Below are positions 1 through 10,604 of a stretch of 64,000 bases of DNA, in pieces. Position numbers and translations under genes: made by a program. The DNA lies in NCBI GenBank assembly GCA_963714015.1, contig OY970223.1, positions 3,296,001 to 3,360,000 on the forward strand, written 5' to 3'. The DNA comes from Vulcanimicrobiota bacterium (GTDB taxonomy: Bacteria; Vulcanimicrobiota; Vulcanimicrobiia; Vulcanimicrobiales; Vulcanimicrobiaceae). Position 1 is the stretch's first letter; every line of letters starts with the position of its first letter. The notes beneath the pieces were generated by a model. The model was not told the DNA's origin, made no database searches, and saw only the letters and a list, made by a program, of their open reading frames with translations.

Positions 1-2
1 AC

Positions 3-1241
3 CTGCTGACGTTCTCGGCCGAGGGAACGTCCGCCCAGAGCACCGACTATTCGATCTTCTCGGGAAACTCCTATTCGTTCAATCTGCCGCCGGGCACGAC
101 GCAGCAGCTCTGGACCTATCTCCTTCGCGGACACTTTTACTTCGGATCGAAGCTCGAGACGACCGTAAGCAACTACTTCAACACCTACCGCAGCACGTAT
201 CCGATCAACTGCGTCGGAGGCAACTGCAACACGCAGGCGGCTTCCCAGTTCGGCACCGGTGTGGTATTCGATACCACGAACAACACGCACGACGATCCGC
301 GCCTTGCCTTCGTGTACCGCCCGAATCCTTCGTCTTCATTGCGTTTCTCGCTGGGGAGTTCGATTGCGCCGCCGTTTTTGGGTCTGCTCAATCAGATCAC
401 CTCGACGCCGAGTTACGATGCGAGCAATCACGTCGCAACCGAAGGGCAGAGCAACGGTAATTTGAAGCCTGAGACGGGCTTTGGCTACGACTTGGGCGCC
501 GACGTTCGCGTGCACGATCCGGTCACGATTGCCTCCGGCGACGTCTATCTCACGAATCTGTACAACCGCTTCTTCGCACAGACCATCGATACGGGGCTGG
601 TTTGCGGCGCTGCAAACCCCTGCAGCGGCGGCGCGCCTGCCGGAACCCCGATCCTCAATCAGACCAATGATAACATCAGCAACGCGCGGTTCGAAGGTAT
701 CGAACTCTCCCTGCGCCGCACGCCGGAGTTCGGGTTCGGCTTCAATCTCTCGGGCGCGCTGCAAAAAGGCTACTACTACAATCTGCCGCCCTACTTCTAT
801 TGCGCCGTTCCGGGACCGGGATGCACGCCGGATCAAAACTTGAACATCATTGCCGGACAAAATACGAACGGCGACGGCATCGGGGTCGGCGGCCTTTCCT
901 ACAACGGCAACATGCGGATTCCGTATTCGCAGGGCAATGCGGAATTCTCTTATACGTTCCGGAACGGCGCGTTTGCCCAGTTCGGCGATACGTATTACGG
1001 GTTCAACAACTCGCTGAACGAACCGGCTTTCGGCATCGCGTATGCGACGCTGCGCTACCCTATTACCACGATGCTGCAGCTGCAGATCTCCGGTGACAAC
1101 ATCTTCAATGCATATCCCGGATATCTGCCGATCTACGGCGGCGGCGTAGCCATTCCGCTGTACGGTGGACAGACCGCGGCGACCGTGGCGAACGTGCTCG
1201 GGCCGGCCACGTGGAGAATCGTTCTTTCGACGCGGCCCTAA
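3..1241 (+). CDS. TonB-dependent receptor, C-terminal part (5'-truncated by window)
   Basis: Frame open from position 3; motif NGNLKPETGFGYDLGAD, SNARFEGIELSL and C-terminal LQISGDNIFN, typical of TBDR beta-barrels. Confidence 0.8.
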   Translation: MLTFSAEGTSAQSTDYSIFSGNSYSFNLPPGTTQQLWTYLLRGHFYFGSKLETTVSNYFNTYRSTYPINCVGGNCNTQAASQFGTGVVFDTTNNTHDDPRLAFVYRPNPSSSLRFSLGSSIAPPFLGLLNQITSTPSYDASNHVATEGQSNGNLKPETGFGYDLGADVRVHDPVTIASGDVYLTNLYNRFFAQTIDTGLVCGAANPCSGGAPAGTPILNQTNDNISNARFEGIELSLRRTPEFGFGFNLSGALQKGYYYNLPPYFYCAVPGPGCTPDQNLNIIAGQNTNGDGIGVGGLSYNGNMRIPYSQGNAEFSYTFRNGAFAQFGDTYYGFNNSLNEPAFGIAYATLRYPITTMLQLQISGDNIFNAYPGYLPIYGGGVAIPLYGGQTAATVANVLGPATWRIVLSTRP

Positions 1242-1606
1242 CGAACGCTCAAGAGATCCGCGGCAACGAGCGCACCGATTGCCGCGACGAGCGCGGCGCC
1301 CACGTACGCCACGTTGGGCCGCAGCGAAGACACGCGCCCTTCCCGAAGCGCTTTTTCGGCTGCCGCGTAACGGAGCGCGCCGACAACGGCCACCATTGCT
1401 CCCAATATTGCCATTGCCGTGCCGAAAATTCCCGAGTCGCCCGCACGCGGTACGCGAATGTGCGTCACCGCGGCGATTTCGCGTGAGAATAACGCAAAGC
1501 GGGCAATCACGAATCCGAACGCAACGAAAGCCAGCGCGGTGCGGACGTATGCCAGATACGTTCGCTCGTTGGCAAGAACGTCCGTGGCCTTCAGCTGCTC
1601 GGTCAC
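1238..1606 (-). CDS. DUF202 / YidH-family membrane protein
   Basis: DVLANERTYLAYVRTALAFVAFGFVIARF signature; GTG start overlaps upstream stop (GTGA). Confidence 0.85.
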   Translation of the reverse strand: MTEQLKATDVLANERTYLAYVRTALAFVAFGFVIARFALFSREIAAVTHIRVPRAGDSGIFGTAMAILGAMVAVVGALRYAAAEKALREGRVSSLRPNVAYVGAALVAAIGALVAADLLSVR

Positions 1607-2517
1607 GGAGTCGACTGGGCGCAGAGCGTTTGCTGCGATTTCATCGCGCTGGAATCCGCCTTCTCGCTGGACGGATGCATATACATCAGCATGTACAAGC
1701 CCGCAGTACCTTGCGTCGCCGCTATGTGCATGTCGAGCGGCATCGACGGTACGTTCATGTGCATCGTGACAAAGAGCGCGGGCCGGCCGCAAAGCGATCC
1801 TCGCTTTTGCTCGCTTATGCTCAGGACCGAATGCGCGACGGTGACTTGGCCGGGCGGTTTGGCAGCCGCGAGCGCCTGCTGCAGTGACGCGGTCTTGGGA
1901 CCTTCCATCAGAACCATCATCTGCATCGGCTGCAATCCCAGCCAAACTCCACGCTGCTCGAACCCGTTTGCCGGCGAGCTTTTCCAATTCGGCGGAATCG
2001 GCAGTGCCGCAATCTGACCGTTCTTTCCCGGACAGAATCCCGACATCACGTTTTCGATCGCGGAATCGGCAGGCGAGTCTTCCGGGCGCGAGTACACGAG
2101 CATGTACGTGTAGCCGTCGCGACTACCTTGCTCCGTTTCGATAGTCGACGTTTTTCCCGCAATAGTCGCATGCATCGATATACGGCTCGCAGGCAACCCG
2201 CAGAGCACGATTTTCTTAGTAGCGGCCGCTGCGGAAGTATTGGGCATACTCGGAATCGGAAGCTCGATCTCCGAAAATGACTCCGTTTTATTTCCCGGCG
2301 CGGATCGCGTCCACGAATTTTTCACCTGCGTTCGCAGTGCTGCCGGCATTTGAGTCCAGCCGGCGGGCGGCGTGAAAGGCAGCGGTTCGGCCGGCGCCGC
2401 CGGTGTTGCCGAAACAACAGGCGCCGCCGAAACAGCCGGAGCCGGTGAAACGGCCGGAGAAGGTGTCGCTGAAGGCACCGCCGTCGCAGCCGCTAGCGCA
2501 AGCGCAAATAACGTCAT
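1603..2517 (-). CDS. Secreted hypothetical protein (Pro/Ala-rich N-terminus, two-fold internal repeat)
   Basis: Signal-peptide-like start; two similar halves each with LCG.PA...M...YSRP/YMHP; translationally coupled to kbl. Confidence 0.6.
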   Translation of the reverse strand: MTLFALALAAATAVPSATPSPAVSPAPAVSAAPVVSATPAAPAEPLPFTPPAGWTQMPAALRTQVKNSWTRSAPGNKTESFSEIELPIPSMPNTSAAAATKKIVLCGLPASRISMHATIAGKTSTIETEQGSRDGYTYMLVYSRPEDSPADSAIENVMSGFCPGKNGQIAALPIPPNWKSSPANGFEQRGVWLGLQPMQMMVLMEGPKTASLQQALAAAKPPGQVTVAHSVLSISEQKRGSLCGRPALFVTMHMNVPSMPLDMHIAATQGTAGLYMLMYMHPSSEKADSSAMKSQQTLCAQSTP

Positions 2518-3719
2518 CGTGCAACTCCCTCGAGCAGACCCACTTCCTTGCCGACCGTTTCAAAGGCGGAAAGCGCGCGGTCCATCTCTGCTTTCGTCAG
2601 TTTGGCGCTGATCTGCACGCGAATGCGCGCCGTGCCTTCCGGAACGACCGGAAAGCCGAAGCCCGTTACGAAGATCCCGCGCTCCAGCAACTTGTTGCTC
2701 ATCGAAATGGCGAAGGCCGTATCGCCTACGATAATCGGCACGATCGCGCTCTCGCCCTCGAGCGGCTTGAAACCCAGCCGCTTCAGGCCTTCGCGGAAAT
2801 ATGCGACGTTCTCGCGCAGTTGCTCAGCAAGTTCCGGATGCTCGTCCAGATAGTCGATCGCAGCGAGTGCACTCGCCGCTACCGTCGCCGGCAGCGCGTT
2901 CGAAAATAACTGAGGGCGCGATTTTTGAATCAGCGTGTCGATAAGCGCGTGGCTGCCCGCAACAAAGCCGCCCGCCGCTCCGCCGAGCGCTTTGCCCAGC
3001 GTGCCGGTGATGATGTCGATTTGGCCGTCCAGATCGAAGTACTCGATGGTACCCCGCCCGGTCTTGCCCATGACGCCGGTCCCATGCGAGTCGTCGACGA
3101 CGGTAACCGCTCCGTACTTCTTAGCGAGTTCCGCGATTTGCGGAAGCTTGGCAAGGCTGCCTTCCATCGAAAAGACGCCGTCGGTGACGATCACGATCGG
3201 CGCGCTGCCCTGCACGGCCTTGAGTTTCTCCTCGAGATCGCGCATGTCGCCGTGCTTATAGCGTTCGCGTCGCGACTTCGAGGCCAAACGGCAGCCGTCG
3301 ATGATGGAGGCATGGTTCAGCTCGTCGGAGACGATCGCCGACCCGTCCTCGCAAATCACGGGAAAGAGTCCGGTGTTCGCGTTCCAGCACGAGACGTACG
3401 TAAGCGAAGCTTCCGTGCGCAGGAATTGCGCTATGCGATCTTCCAGCGTGCGGTGGATGTCGAACGTACCGCAGATGAACCGCACGGATGCGGTCCCGGC
3501 GCCGTACTTGTCCAACGCGCGCTTACCGGCTTCGATGACCGAAGGTTCGTCCGAGAGCCCCAGATAGTTGTTGCTCGAGAGCACCAGCACGTCGCCCGCT
3601 TCTTCCATATGAACTTCGGGCGCCATCGGCGTCGTGAGATGCCGCAGCGACTTGTACGTTCCGGCCGCCTTGAGTTTTTCGATGTCCGCTTGCAGTTTCT
3701 GTTCGAACGTGGAGTTCAC
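2514..3719 (-). CDS. kbl: Glycine C-acetyltransferase (2-amino-3-ketobutyrate CoA ligase)
   Basis: SSNNYLGL, SVRFICGT, SDELNHASIIDG, TLGKALGG PLP motif; coupled to tdh. Confidence 0.92.
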   Translation of the reverse strand: MNSTFEQKLQADIEKLKAAGTYKSLRHLTTPMAPEVHMEEAGDVLVLSSNNYLGLSDEPSVIEAGKRALDKYGAGTASVRFICGTFDIHRTLEDRIAQFLRTEASLTYVSCWNANTGLFPVICEDGSAIVSDELNHASIIDGCRLASKSRRERYKHGDMRDLEEKLKAVQGSAPIVIVTDGVFSMEGSLAKLPQIAELAKKYGAVTVVDDSHGTGVMGKTGRGTIEYFDLDGQIDIITGTLGKALGGAAGGFVAGSHALIDTLIQKSRPQLFSNALPATVAASALAAIDYLDEHPELAEQLRENVAYFREGLKRLGFKPLEGESAIVPIIVGDTAFAISMSNKLLERGIFVTGFGFPVVPEGTARIRVQISAKLTKAEMDRALSAFETVGKEVGLLEGVAR

Positions 3720-4759
3720 GCAAGATCCCCTTTCAAGTCCAGCACGATCTTCGCGGCATCGCCGCCGTGCATCAATTCGAATGCGCGATCGAATTCTTCG
3801 AAAGGAAGCACGTGAGTGATAATCGGTCGTAAATCGACGCGACCGCTGCGCACGAGCGCCTGCGTTTGATACCAAGTCTCGAACATGCGGCGGCCGTTGA
3901 TTCCGAGCACGGTCAGTCCTTTGAAGATGATGCGTTCGGCTAAATTGATGTTCACGTTGTCGCTCGGAATGCCGAGCAGCGCGGCGCGTCCGCCGTTGCG
4001 CACCATGCGTAAGCCGTTGTCGATTGCCGCTCCGCTGCCGGACATCTCCAGCAGAACGTCGACGCCGTCACCGCCGGTGCGCTCGACAATCTCGCCGACG
4101 TGATTCGGATCCAAAGCGGAGAAGGTTTCATCCGCGCCGAGCTTCTTGGCGAGCTTCAACTTCGCGGGGTTGACGTCGACGGCATACACGGCCGAAGCTC
4201 CGGCTGCGCGCGCTACCGGAATCGCCATGAGCCCGATCGATCCGACGCCGGTTATGACGACCGACTTCGCGCTCACGCCGGCTGCCATCACCGTGTGCAC
4301 CGCATTGCCGAGCGGATCGAAGATTGCAGCAAACTCGTCGGGGATTGCCGGGTCGAGTTTCCAAACGTTCTGCTGCGGCATCACGATGTAATCGGCGAAG
4401 GCACCGTCCCGATCGACGCCGATGATCTCGACTTTCTCGCAGATATGCTCCTCGCCGATGCGGCACAGGTAACACGTGCCGTCCGCGATGTGGCCTTCAG
4501 CCGAAACGCGGTCGCCCACCTTGTAGATCGCAACTGCGGAACCGACGGCGGCAACCGTTCCCATGAACTCGTGCCCGATGGTCAGCGCAGGATGAATCCG
4601 GTTCTGCGCCCACTTGTCCCACTCGTAAATATGCGCGTCGGTTCCGCAGACGCCGGCTTTTTCGACGCGGATCAGCACGTCGGAGGGGCCAACTGCGGGA
4701 ACCGGCACTTCCGCCAGTACAAAGCCGGGTTGCGGCTTCGTCTTGCGAAGCGCTCGCAT
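3716..4759 (-). CDS. tdh: L-threonine 3-dehydrogenase
   Basis: CGTDAHIYEWDKWAQ, GHEFMG, VSAEGHI, GINGRRMFETWY motifs. Confidence 0.93.
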   Translation of the reverse strand: MRALRKTKPQPGFVLAEVPVPAVGPSDVLIRVEKAGVCGTDAHIYEWDKWAQNRIHPALTIGHEFMGTVAAVGSAVAIYKVGDRVSAEGHIADGTCYLCRIGEEHICEKVEIIGVDRDGAFADYIVMPQQNVWKLDPAIPDEFAAIFDPLGNAVHTVMAAGVSAKSVVITGVGSIGLMAIPVARAAGASAVYAVDVNPAKLKLAKKLGADETFSALDPNHVGEIVERTGGDGVDVLLEMSGSGAAIDNGLRMVRNGGRAALLGIPSDNVNINLAERIIFKGLTVLGINGRRMFETWYQTQALVRSGRVDLRPIITHVLPFEEFDRAFELMHGGDAAKIVLDLKGDLA

Positions 4760-4869
4760 GGTCGAGGGGAGTTCCGCTAACATAACGGGCCGGTCTATTC
4801 GCGACGGGCCCGTCATGCTCATGCGCCCCCGGGCCGGCTCGGGACGCCAGTTAGGATGCTGAGTTCGCG

Positions 4870-5673
4870 CTATCCGAAGCGTCCCGTGATGTAGTCTTCG
4901 GTGCGTTTGTCTCGCGGCTTCAAAAAGATGTCGCTCGTATCTCCGATCTCGATGAGCTCGCCCATCAAGAAGAATGCCGTGTGATCCGAAATGCGCGCCG
5001 CTTGCTGCATCGAGTGCGTCACGATGACGACGGTGTACTGGGCCTTGAGCATCGAGATCAGATCTTCAATTTTGCTCGTAGCGATCGGATCGAGTGCCGA
5101 TGCCGGCTCGTCCATCAGGATCACTTCGGGTTCGACCGCAAGCACGCGCGCGATGCAGAGCCGCTGCTGCTGACCGCCGGAGAGTTCCAGTGCGGAGCTG
5201 CCCAGGCGATCCTTTACCTCGTCCCAAAGCGCCGCGCTGCGCAAGCTGCGTTCTCCGATCTCCATCAGCTTCGCGCGGTTGCGCTCGCCGTGGATCCGCG
5301 GTCCGTAGACGACGTTTTCAAAGATCGACTTCGGGAAGGGGTTTGGACGCTGGAATACCATGCCGACGCGATGGCGGATCGCAGTGGGATCTATTGCCGG
5401 CGCGTAAATGTCCTCACCGTCGAGCGTAACTTTACCTTCGACTCGCACGCCGGGCGTAAGATCGTGCATGCGATTCAGCGCTCTAAGAAACGTCGACTTG
5501 CCGCATCCCGACGGACCAATCAGCGCCATGACCAGGTTTTGCGGAACCTGAAGCGACGCGTTTTTAATTGCATGGAAATTGCCGTAATAGACGTTCAGAT
5601 CGTCGATGCAGACTTTGACGACAGGATCGGGTTGAGCAGCTGCATCCACAGGCGCGGACATCATGACGTCCAT
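4870..5673 (-). CDS. pstB: Phosphate ABC transporter ATP-binding protein
   Basis: [51 protein letters not shown]. Confidence 0.95.
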   Translation of the reverse strand: MDVMMSAPVDAAAQPDPVVKVCIDDLNVYYGNFHAIKNASLQVPQNLVMALIGPSGCGKSTFLRALNRMHDLTPGVRVEGKVTLDGEDIYAPAIDPTAIRHRVGMVFQRPNPFPKSIFENVVYGPRIHGERNRAKLMEIGERSLRSAALWDEVKDRLGSSALELSGGQQQRLCIARVLAVEPEVILMDEPASALDPIATSKIEDLISMLKAQYTVVIVTHSMQQAARISDHTAFFLMGELIEIGDTSDIFLKPRDKRTEDYITGRFG

Positions 5674-5712
5674 TTTCCCTGATTTTTGGCGCCCGGCGGA
5701 CCCGCCCTGCGA

Positions 5713-5733
5713 TAGATTAAGGAACATTAAGTT
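5713..5733 (-). promoter_or_regulatory. Possible Pho-box-like direct repeat upstream of pstB
   Basis: Minus strand CTTAAT-GTTC-CTTAAT, an AT-rich direct repeat in the phoR-pstB gap. Confidence 0.3.
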
Positions 5734-5740
5734 CAACTCC

Positions 5741-6940
5741 TCACGGTTCTACCGCGATCATCGGGATGCGCACGGTAAATTGCGTTCCGGCGCCGAGCGT
5801 GGATTCGACGCTCGCGTCGCCGTGATGTGCTTCGGCGATCTCCTTGACGATGGAAAGTCCCAGCCCGGCGCCGCCGAACCCGCGCGCCCGCGAACGATCG
5901 ACGACGTAGAAGCGCTCGAAAACGTAGGGGATGTCTTTGTACGGGATGCCGATTCCCGTGTCGGCGACGCGGATAAGCGCATAGCCGCCCTCGACGTCGA
6001 GCGTGGCCGTCACGGTGCCGCCTTCCGGCGTGTAACGCAGCGCGTTGTCGATCAGGTTCACAAAGATCTGTGCGAGGCGATGCTGGTCGGCTTCGACGAT
6101 GGCGGGACGGAGCGGTCGCAGTTCCAAATGGACGCTCTTGGCTGCGGCTTGCGGTTCGAACGACTGAACGATCGGGCGCGCGATCTCTTCGAGATCGATC
6201 TCACGTATGTCCAGGACCATCTTGCCCGACTCTACGCGCGCCTGCTCCAAGAGCCGTTGCACCAGCGTCGCCAGGCGATCGACTTGCGCGAGCGCTTGCG
6301 GAAGAAAGAGCCCTTGCGCCTCGTCATCGCCGGACTCCACCACGGTCTCGAGCATCAATTTGATCGACGAGAGCGGCGTGCGCAGTTCGTGCGAAACGTT
6401 GGTCAGAAACTCTTGCCTGGCGCGCTCCAGCGCCAAAAGCTCGGTCTGATCCTCTGCAAGCACCAGCACGCCGGAGATGCTCGCGTTTTCGCTCTCTTCC
6501 AGGCCGACGCTGCGAGCCAGCGGATATACCGACACGGCGTAGCTGCGATTGACGCTCTTGCCGCTGATGATCATGGGCGTGCCGAAACGCTCGCCGCGCA
6601 ATGCTGCTGCAGCGCGCGCTTCCAGCTCGATCAGCGGCGCGGCGACGATGATGTGTTTGCCGCGGATCCGCGATCGCTCGAAGCCGAAGATCGCCGCCGC
6701 GGCGCGGTTGGCAAACCGCACGCGCAGCGTCGCATCCAGCATGATGACGCCGAGCGGCAGCGCGCGAACCAGCGCGTCGAAACGTTCGTCGGAGGGGCGT
6801 TCGCGCTCGTGTTCGGGCTGATCGCGTTCGGCCGGACTAGTGCCGCTGCGGGCGGCCCGCGATGCAAAGCGCGCGCGCAGCGCAAAACCTGCGGCGGCGC
6901 CTCCGGCAAACGTGCACAGCGCGACGATCTCCGGATTCAT
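5741..6940 (-). CDS. phoR: PhoR-like sensor histidine kinase (PAS-HisKA-HATPase)
   Basis: [11 protein letters not shown]-box, [31 protein letters not shown]; between response regulator and pstB. Confidence 0.8.
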   Translation of the reverse strand: MNPEIVALCTFAGGAAAGFALRARFASRAARSGTSPAERDQPEHERERPSDERFDALVRALPLGVIMLDATLRVRFANRAAAAIFGFERSRIRGKHIIVAAPLIELEARAAAALRGERFGTPMIISGKSVNRSYAVSVYPLARSVGLEESENASISGVLVLAEDQTELLALERARQEFLTNVSHELRTPLSSIKLMLETVVESGDDEAQGLFLPQALAQVDRLATLVQRLLEQARVESGKMVLDIREIDLEEIARPIVQSFEPQAAAKSVHLELRPLRPAIVEADQHRLAQIFVNLIDNALRYTPEGGTVTATLDVEGGYALIRVADTGIGIPYKDIPYVFERFYVVDRSRARGFGGAGLGLSIVKEIAEAHHGDASVESTLGAGTQFTVRIPMIAVEP

Positions 6941-6952
6941 GGAGCGTCACGG

Positions 6953-7690
6953 CTACTCTTTGAACATATAGCCGCGGCTTCGGACGGTGATGATGTGCCG
7001 CGGATTGCGCGAATCTTCTTCGATTTTTTCACGCAGCCAGCGGATGTGCACGCTGACCGTCTGTTGCTCGCCTTCGAAATCGTATCCCCACACTTTGTCG
7101 AGCAGCGTTTGCCGTGTCACGACGCGCCCGCAATTTTCCATGAGCACCCGCAGCAGCGCAAACTCTTTTGGAGCCAGCGAGACGTCTTTGCCGCGCACCG
7201 TCAAATGCTGGCGCGACGGATCGAGCACGATTCCGCCGAGCGAGAGTGCCTGATTGCGATCCGGCGCTGTCAGCGGCGCGGGCCGGCGCAGACGCGCTTT
7301 CACGCGGGCAAGAAATTCGTGCAGCGCAAACGGCTTGGTCACGTAGTCGTCGGCGCCGAGTTCGAGCGCAAGAACCTTGTCGATCTCCTGATCCTTAGCG
7401 GTGAGCATGATGATCGGTACCGAGCTGTTCTTGCGGATTTCCTTACATGCTTCGACGCCGTCCAGCACCGGAAGCATGATATCCAGGATCACCAAATCGG
7501 GCTGCTCTCGTGCCGCCATCGCCACCGCGCTGCGTCCGTCGCCGGCCGTCACGACCGTGTAGCCGCTGCGCTCCAGGTTATAGCGCAGCGTCTGCAAGAT
7601 CGCCGCCTCGTCGTCGACGACGAGGATCTTCTTGTTGAAGTCGGGGTGTTTGTTGAAGCTCCCCCGTTTAGTCTCCAGCGACGTGCTCAT
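6953..7690 (-). CDS. OmpR/PhoB-family response regulator
   Basis: KILVVDDE, LDIMLP, GADDYVTKPF, winged helix VHIRWLREKIE...TVRSRGY. Confidence 0.9.
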   Translation of the reverse strand: MSTSLETKRGSFNKHPDFNKKILVVDDEAAILQTLRYNLERSGYTVVTAGDGRSAVAMAAREQPDLVILDIMLPVLDGVEACKEIRKNSSVPIIMLTAKDQEIDKVLALELGADDYVTKPFALHEFLARVKARLRRPAPLTAPDRNQALSLGGIVLDPSRQHLTVRGKDVSLAPKEFALLRVLMENCGRVVTRQTLLDKVWGYDFEGEQQTVSVHIRWLREKIEEDSRNPRHIITVRSRGYMFKE

Positions 7691-8552
7691 AGAACTTCGC
7701 GACGGCGCTATAGTCCAGCGCTCCGTCGCCTTCTGCGGATCTGAGTGTGTAAAGTTGGTACGCAAATGCGGATGCCGGCATAGGCATCTTCATTTCGCGG
7801 GCAGCGTCCAACGCCGCTGCCAAGTCCTTTCGCAGTAGGTCCAGCGCGAAGCCTCCTTCATACGTCCCGGCAAACCATGTTTTGGGCAGCCACTGCTCGA
7901 GCAGGTAATTCGACGCCGTTGCGGTGGACAAGACCTTACGAACTGCTTCGACGTCCGCTCCGGCCTTCTTCGCGAACGTCAACGCCTCCACGTCTGCTAT
8001 CATGACGCTCGAAATGATCAGTTGATTCACCAGCTTCACGGTCTCGCCGAGGCCAACAGGTCCCAGGTGATGCGGCGTCCCCATCGCTTCGAGCACCGGC
8101 TTTGCGTCCTCGAAATCTTGCGCAGATGCGCCCGCCATAATCGTCAGCGTGCCGCTTTGCGCCCGTACGGGGCCGCCGCTCACCGGCGCGTCGACAAAGC
8201 GCAGTCCCTTCTCGTTCAGGCGCTGCGCGAACCGGCGCGATGCCACCGGCGAAATCGTCGACATGTCGATGAACAGCGTGCCCGGGGCCGCTCCCAGGGA
8301 GGCGCCGTCGGGGCCGAAGAGCGCTTCTTCCACCTGAGGGGAGTCCGGGACGCAGGTAATAAGGATGTCGCTCTGCTCGGCGACCGCGCGCGGACCCGCC
8401 GCTTCGCTCACGCCCTCAGAAAGCACGCGCTCGAGCCGCTCCCGATTGCGGTGTGCGGTCGCCGTCACGGCGAAGCCGGCGCGACGCAGGGAAAGAATCA
8501 TCGGCTCCCCCATGGCGCCGACTCCGACAAATCCGATACGAGGGGAGGTCAC
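7668..8552 (-). CDS. NAD(P)-dependent oxidoreductase, beta-hydroxyacid dehydrogenase (GarR/MmsB) family
   Basis: GFVGVGAMGEPM, IDMSTISP, FVDAPVSGG, KLVNQ. Confidence 0.88.
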   Translation of the reverse strand: MTSPRIGFVGVGAMGEPMILSLRRAGFAVTATAHRNRERLERVLSEGVSEAAGPRAVAEQSDILITCVPDSPQVEEALFGPDGASLGAAPGTLFIDMSTISPVASRRFAQRLNEKGLRFVDAPVSGGPVRAQSGTLTIMAGASAQDFEDAKPVLEAMGTPHHLGPVGLGETVKLVNQLIISSVMIADVEALTFAKKAGADVEAVRKVLSTATASNYLLEQWLPKTWFAGTYEGGFALDLLRKDLAAALDAAREMKMPMPASAFAYQLYTLRSAEGDGALDYSAVAKFYEHVAGD

Positions 8553-8633
8553 GGGCGCGTCCTTATCCGCAAGGAGCCCGCGCCCCTCGGAGTGTCAGCT
8601 TCGCCGGACACCCCACACGAGGAGACTGATACG

Positions 8634-9542
8634 ATGTTAGCAGCGGTTCGCCGGCCGACGTTCGACGACATGAACCTGTCCACGGGCAAGCGGGTTCGCT
8701 TGCATCGCCTGATGTACGAGCACGGCCCGGCAAACGGAACGCTGATGCTGCTTCCGATCGATCAGGGTCTGGAACACGGTCCGGTCGACTTTTTCGCCAA
8801 CCCCGAATCGATCGATACCGATTGGATCTACCGCCTTGCGGTCGAAGGCAACTTCTCCGGGATCGCGCTCCATATCGGGCTGGCGGAAAAATATCACAAG
8901 AACTATGCCGGCAAAGTTCCGCTGGTGCTCAAGGTAAACGGCAAGACGAACGTGCCGAACGACGATGAGTCGTTCAGCTCGCTCACATCGTCGGTCGAGG
9001 ATGCGGTACGACTCGGGGCGGACGCGGTCGGCTATACGCTGTACGTTGGAAGCCCTGCGCAAGACGTCGACATCGCACAATGCAACGAGGTGCGGCACGA
9101 ATGCGAAAAGGCGGGAATGCCGATGATCGTGTGGGCGTATCCACGCGGCACCGCCATCAAGGCCAAGGGCGGCATCGACTCACTCTACGCGATCGACTAT
9201 GCGGCGCGGGTTGCCTGCGAGATGGGCACCGACATCATCAAGCTCAACGTGCCCAAGTGGGACGCTGCAAGCGCAGACAAGATGCCGAAACCTTACAACA
9301 CGCTCGAGCTGTCTGAGCTCGATGGACTGCGCAAAGTCGTCAAATCCGCCGGCCGCTCGCTGGTCCTGGTCTCGGGCGGAAGCAAGATCAGCGACGACGA
9401 CACGCTTCATAAAGCGAAAATCGCCATGGAAGCGGGCTGCGTGGGGCTCATCTTCGGCCGTAACATGTGGCAGCGCGAATGGAACGATGCGGTGTCGGTG
9501 GCAAGTCGAATGCACGAAGTCATGAAGGACTATGGACAGTAG
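8634..9542 (+). CDS. Class I fructose-bisphosphate aldolase (DhnA/FbaB family)
   Basis: LPIDQGLEHGP, AVRLGADAVGYTLYVGS, WAYPRG, GLIFGRNMWQR; GAGGAG RBS before ATG 8634. Confidence 0.88.
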   Translation: MLAAVRRPTFDDMNLSTGKRVRLHRLMYEHGPANGTLMLLPIDQGLEHGPVDFFANPESIDTDWIYRLAVEGNFSGIALHIGLAEKYHKNYAGKVPLVLKVNGKTNVPNDDESFSSLTSSVEDAVRLGADAVGYTLYVGSPAQDVDIAQCNEVRHECEKAGMPMIVWAYPRGTAIKAKGGIDSLYAIDYAARVACEMGTDIIKLNVPKWDAASADKMPKPYNTLELSELDGLRKVVKSAGRSLVLVSGGSKISDDDTLHKAKIAMEAGCVGLIFGRNMWQREWNDAVSVASRMHEVMKDYGQ

Positions 9543-9765
9543 CACAATCGAAGATCGCGTGAACGCCGCGCTGGACAAGGTTCGCCCGGGCATTCAAATG
9601 GACGGCGGCGAAGTTTGGCTTCTCAAAGTCGAGAACGGCACGGCGTTCGTGCAGATGCTGGGCGCGTGCGGCGGCTGCCCGGCTTCGAATATGACGCTCA
9701 AAGGCGCGATCGAACAAGTCGTCTGCGCCGACGTTCCCGAGATCAAAGAAGTCGTCCAAGTCTAA
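9532..9765 (+). CDS. NifU-family (Nfu) Fe-S cluster protein
   Basis: VRPGIQMDGGEV...LGACGGCPASNMTLKGAIE. Confidence 0.9.
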   Translation: MDSSTIEDRVNAALDKVRPGIQMDGGEVWLLKVENGTAFVQMLGACGGCPASNMTLKGAIEQVVCADVPEIKEVVQV

Positions 9766-9819
9766 CTCGCTAACAAAACGGCGCCCGCTTACGTTTCCGG
9801 CACAATGAGGTACGGAGTT

Positions 9820-10257
9820 ATGAAGAAGTATCTGGTCGCCGCCGCCGTCGTTGCGGCCTTCGGCTTGGGAGCATTGACCGTCAAGGCCCAGGATCAAGCG
9901 CCCGCCGCCGTCAGCGCAGGGCAGGCTTTCTCGCAAATTCAGCCCGACATGCAGGGCATGGTCACGCAGCCGATCACGCATTCGGCTGCCGGCGACGTGC
10001 TGGCCGCGTACATCGGTCACGCGCCGCGTCAGGTCTACCACAAACAGGACGAACTGATCTACGTGATCAGCGGAAACGGTACGGCCGCCGTCGGCTATCC
10101 CTCGTATCCGATCGGCCCAGGTTCGGTGCTCTCGATTCCGCGCAGCACGTCATTCGAAATCACGGCCGCCGGCCGCTCCCCGATCAAAGCGATCGTCATT
10201 GCATCCCCTCAAAACGATCCATCGGACAAACAAATCCTCGACCAACCCGCTCAGTAA
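9820..10257 (+). CDS. Secreted cupin-domain protein
   Basis: Signal peptide; HKQDELIYVISGNG...GPGSVLSIPR cupin pattern. Confidence 0.7.
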   Translation: MKKYLVAAAVVAAFGLGALTVKAQDQAPAAVSAGQAFSQIQPDMQGMVTQPITHSAAGDVLAAYIGHAPRQVYHKQDELIYVISGNGTAAVGYPSYPIGPGSVLSIPRSTSFEITAAGRSPIKAIVIASPQNDPSDKQILDQPAQ

Positions 10258-10604
10258 TTTTCCGCTTCGTCATCCCGGCAACGCGAAGCTTAGTACGTCA
10301 TCGCTTTCGGCGTCGCTTTGCGTACGAACAACCGAGATCCGTTGATTCGTCGACATCTCGGTGTCTGTGGTTCGCGGAACGTCAAGCGGCAACGTGGCAG
10401 CGCATCTGCCGACACAAGACCATCACGCTTGCTCAAGGCAACGCCGCATAATATATTGCGCACAGGACTACGCTGCTCCGAGAATTTCCCCGAAAATCGG
10501 CGCGAGCTCGACGACCGTCATCGAGAACGGCTTGCTTCACTCACTTGCGAGCCGCATGTCGGGCTAAATCGGAACTGCCGACCCAACCGGATCATCTGCA
10601 GAAT

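Noticed and set aside
5663..7744. 693-aa + strand ORF
   Set aside because: Antisense shadow of phoR/phoB in high-GC DNA; no independent motifs
8022..8633. N-terminal extension of the aldolase ORF
   Set aside because: Overlaps the opposite-strand dehydrogenase; RBS supports ATG 8634
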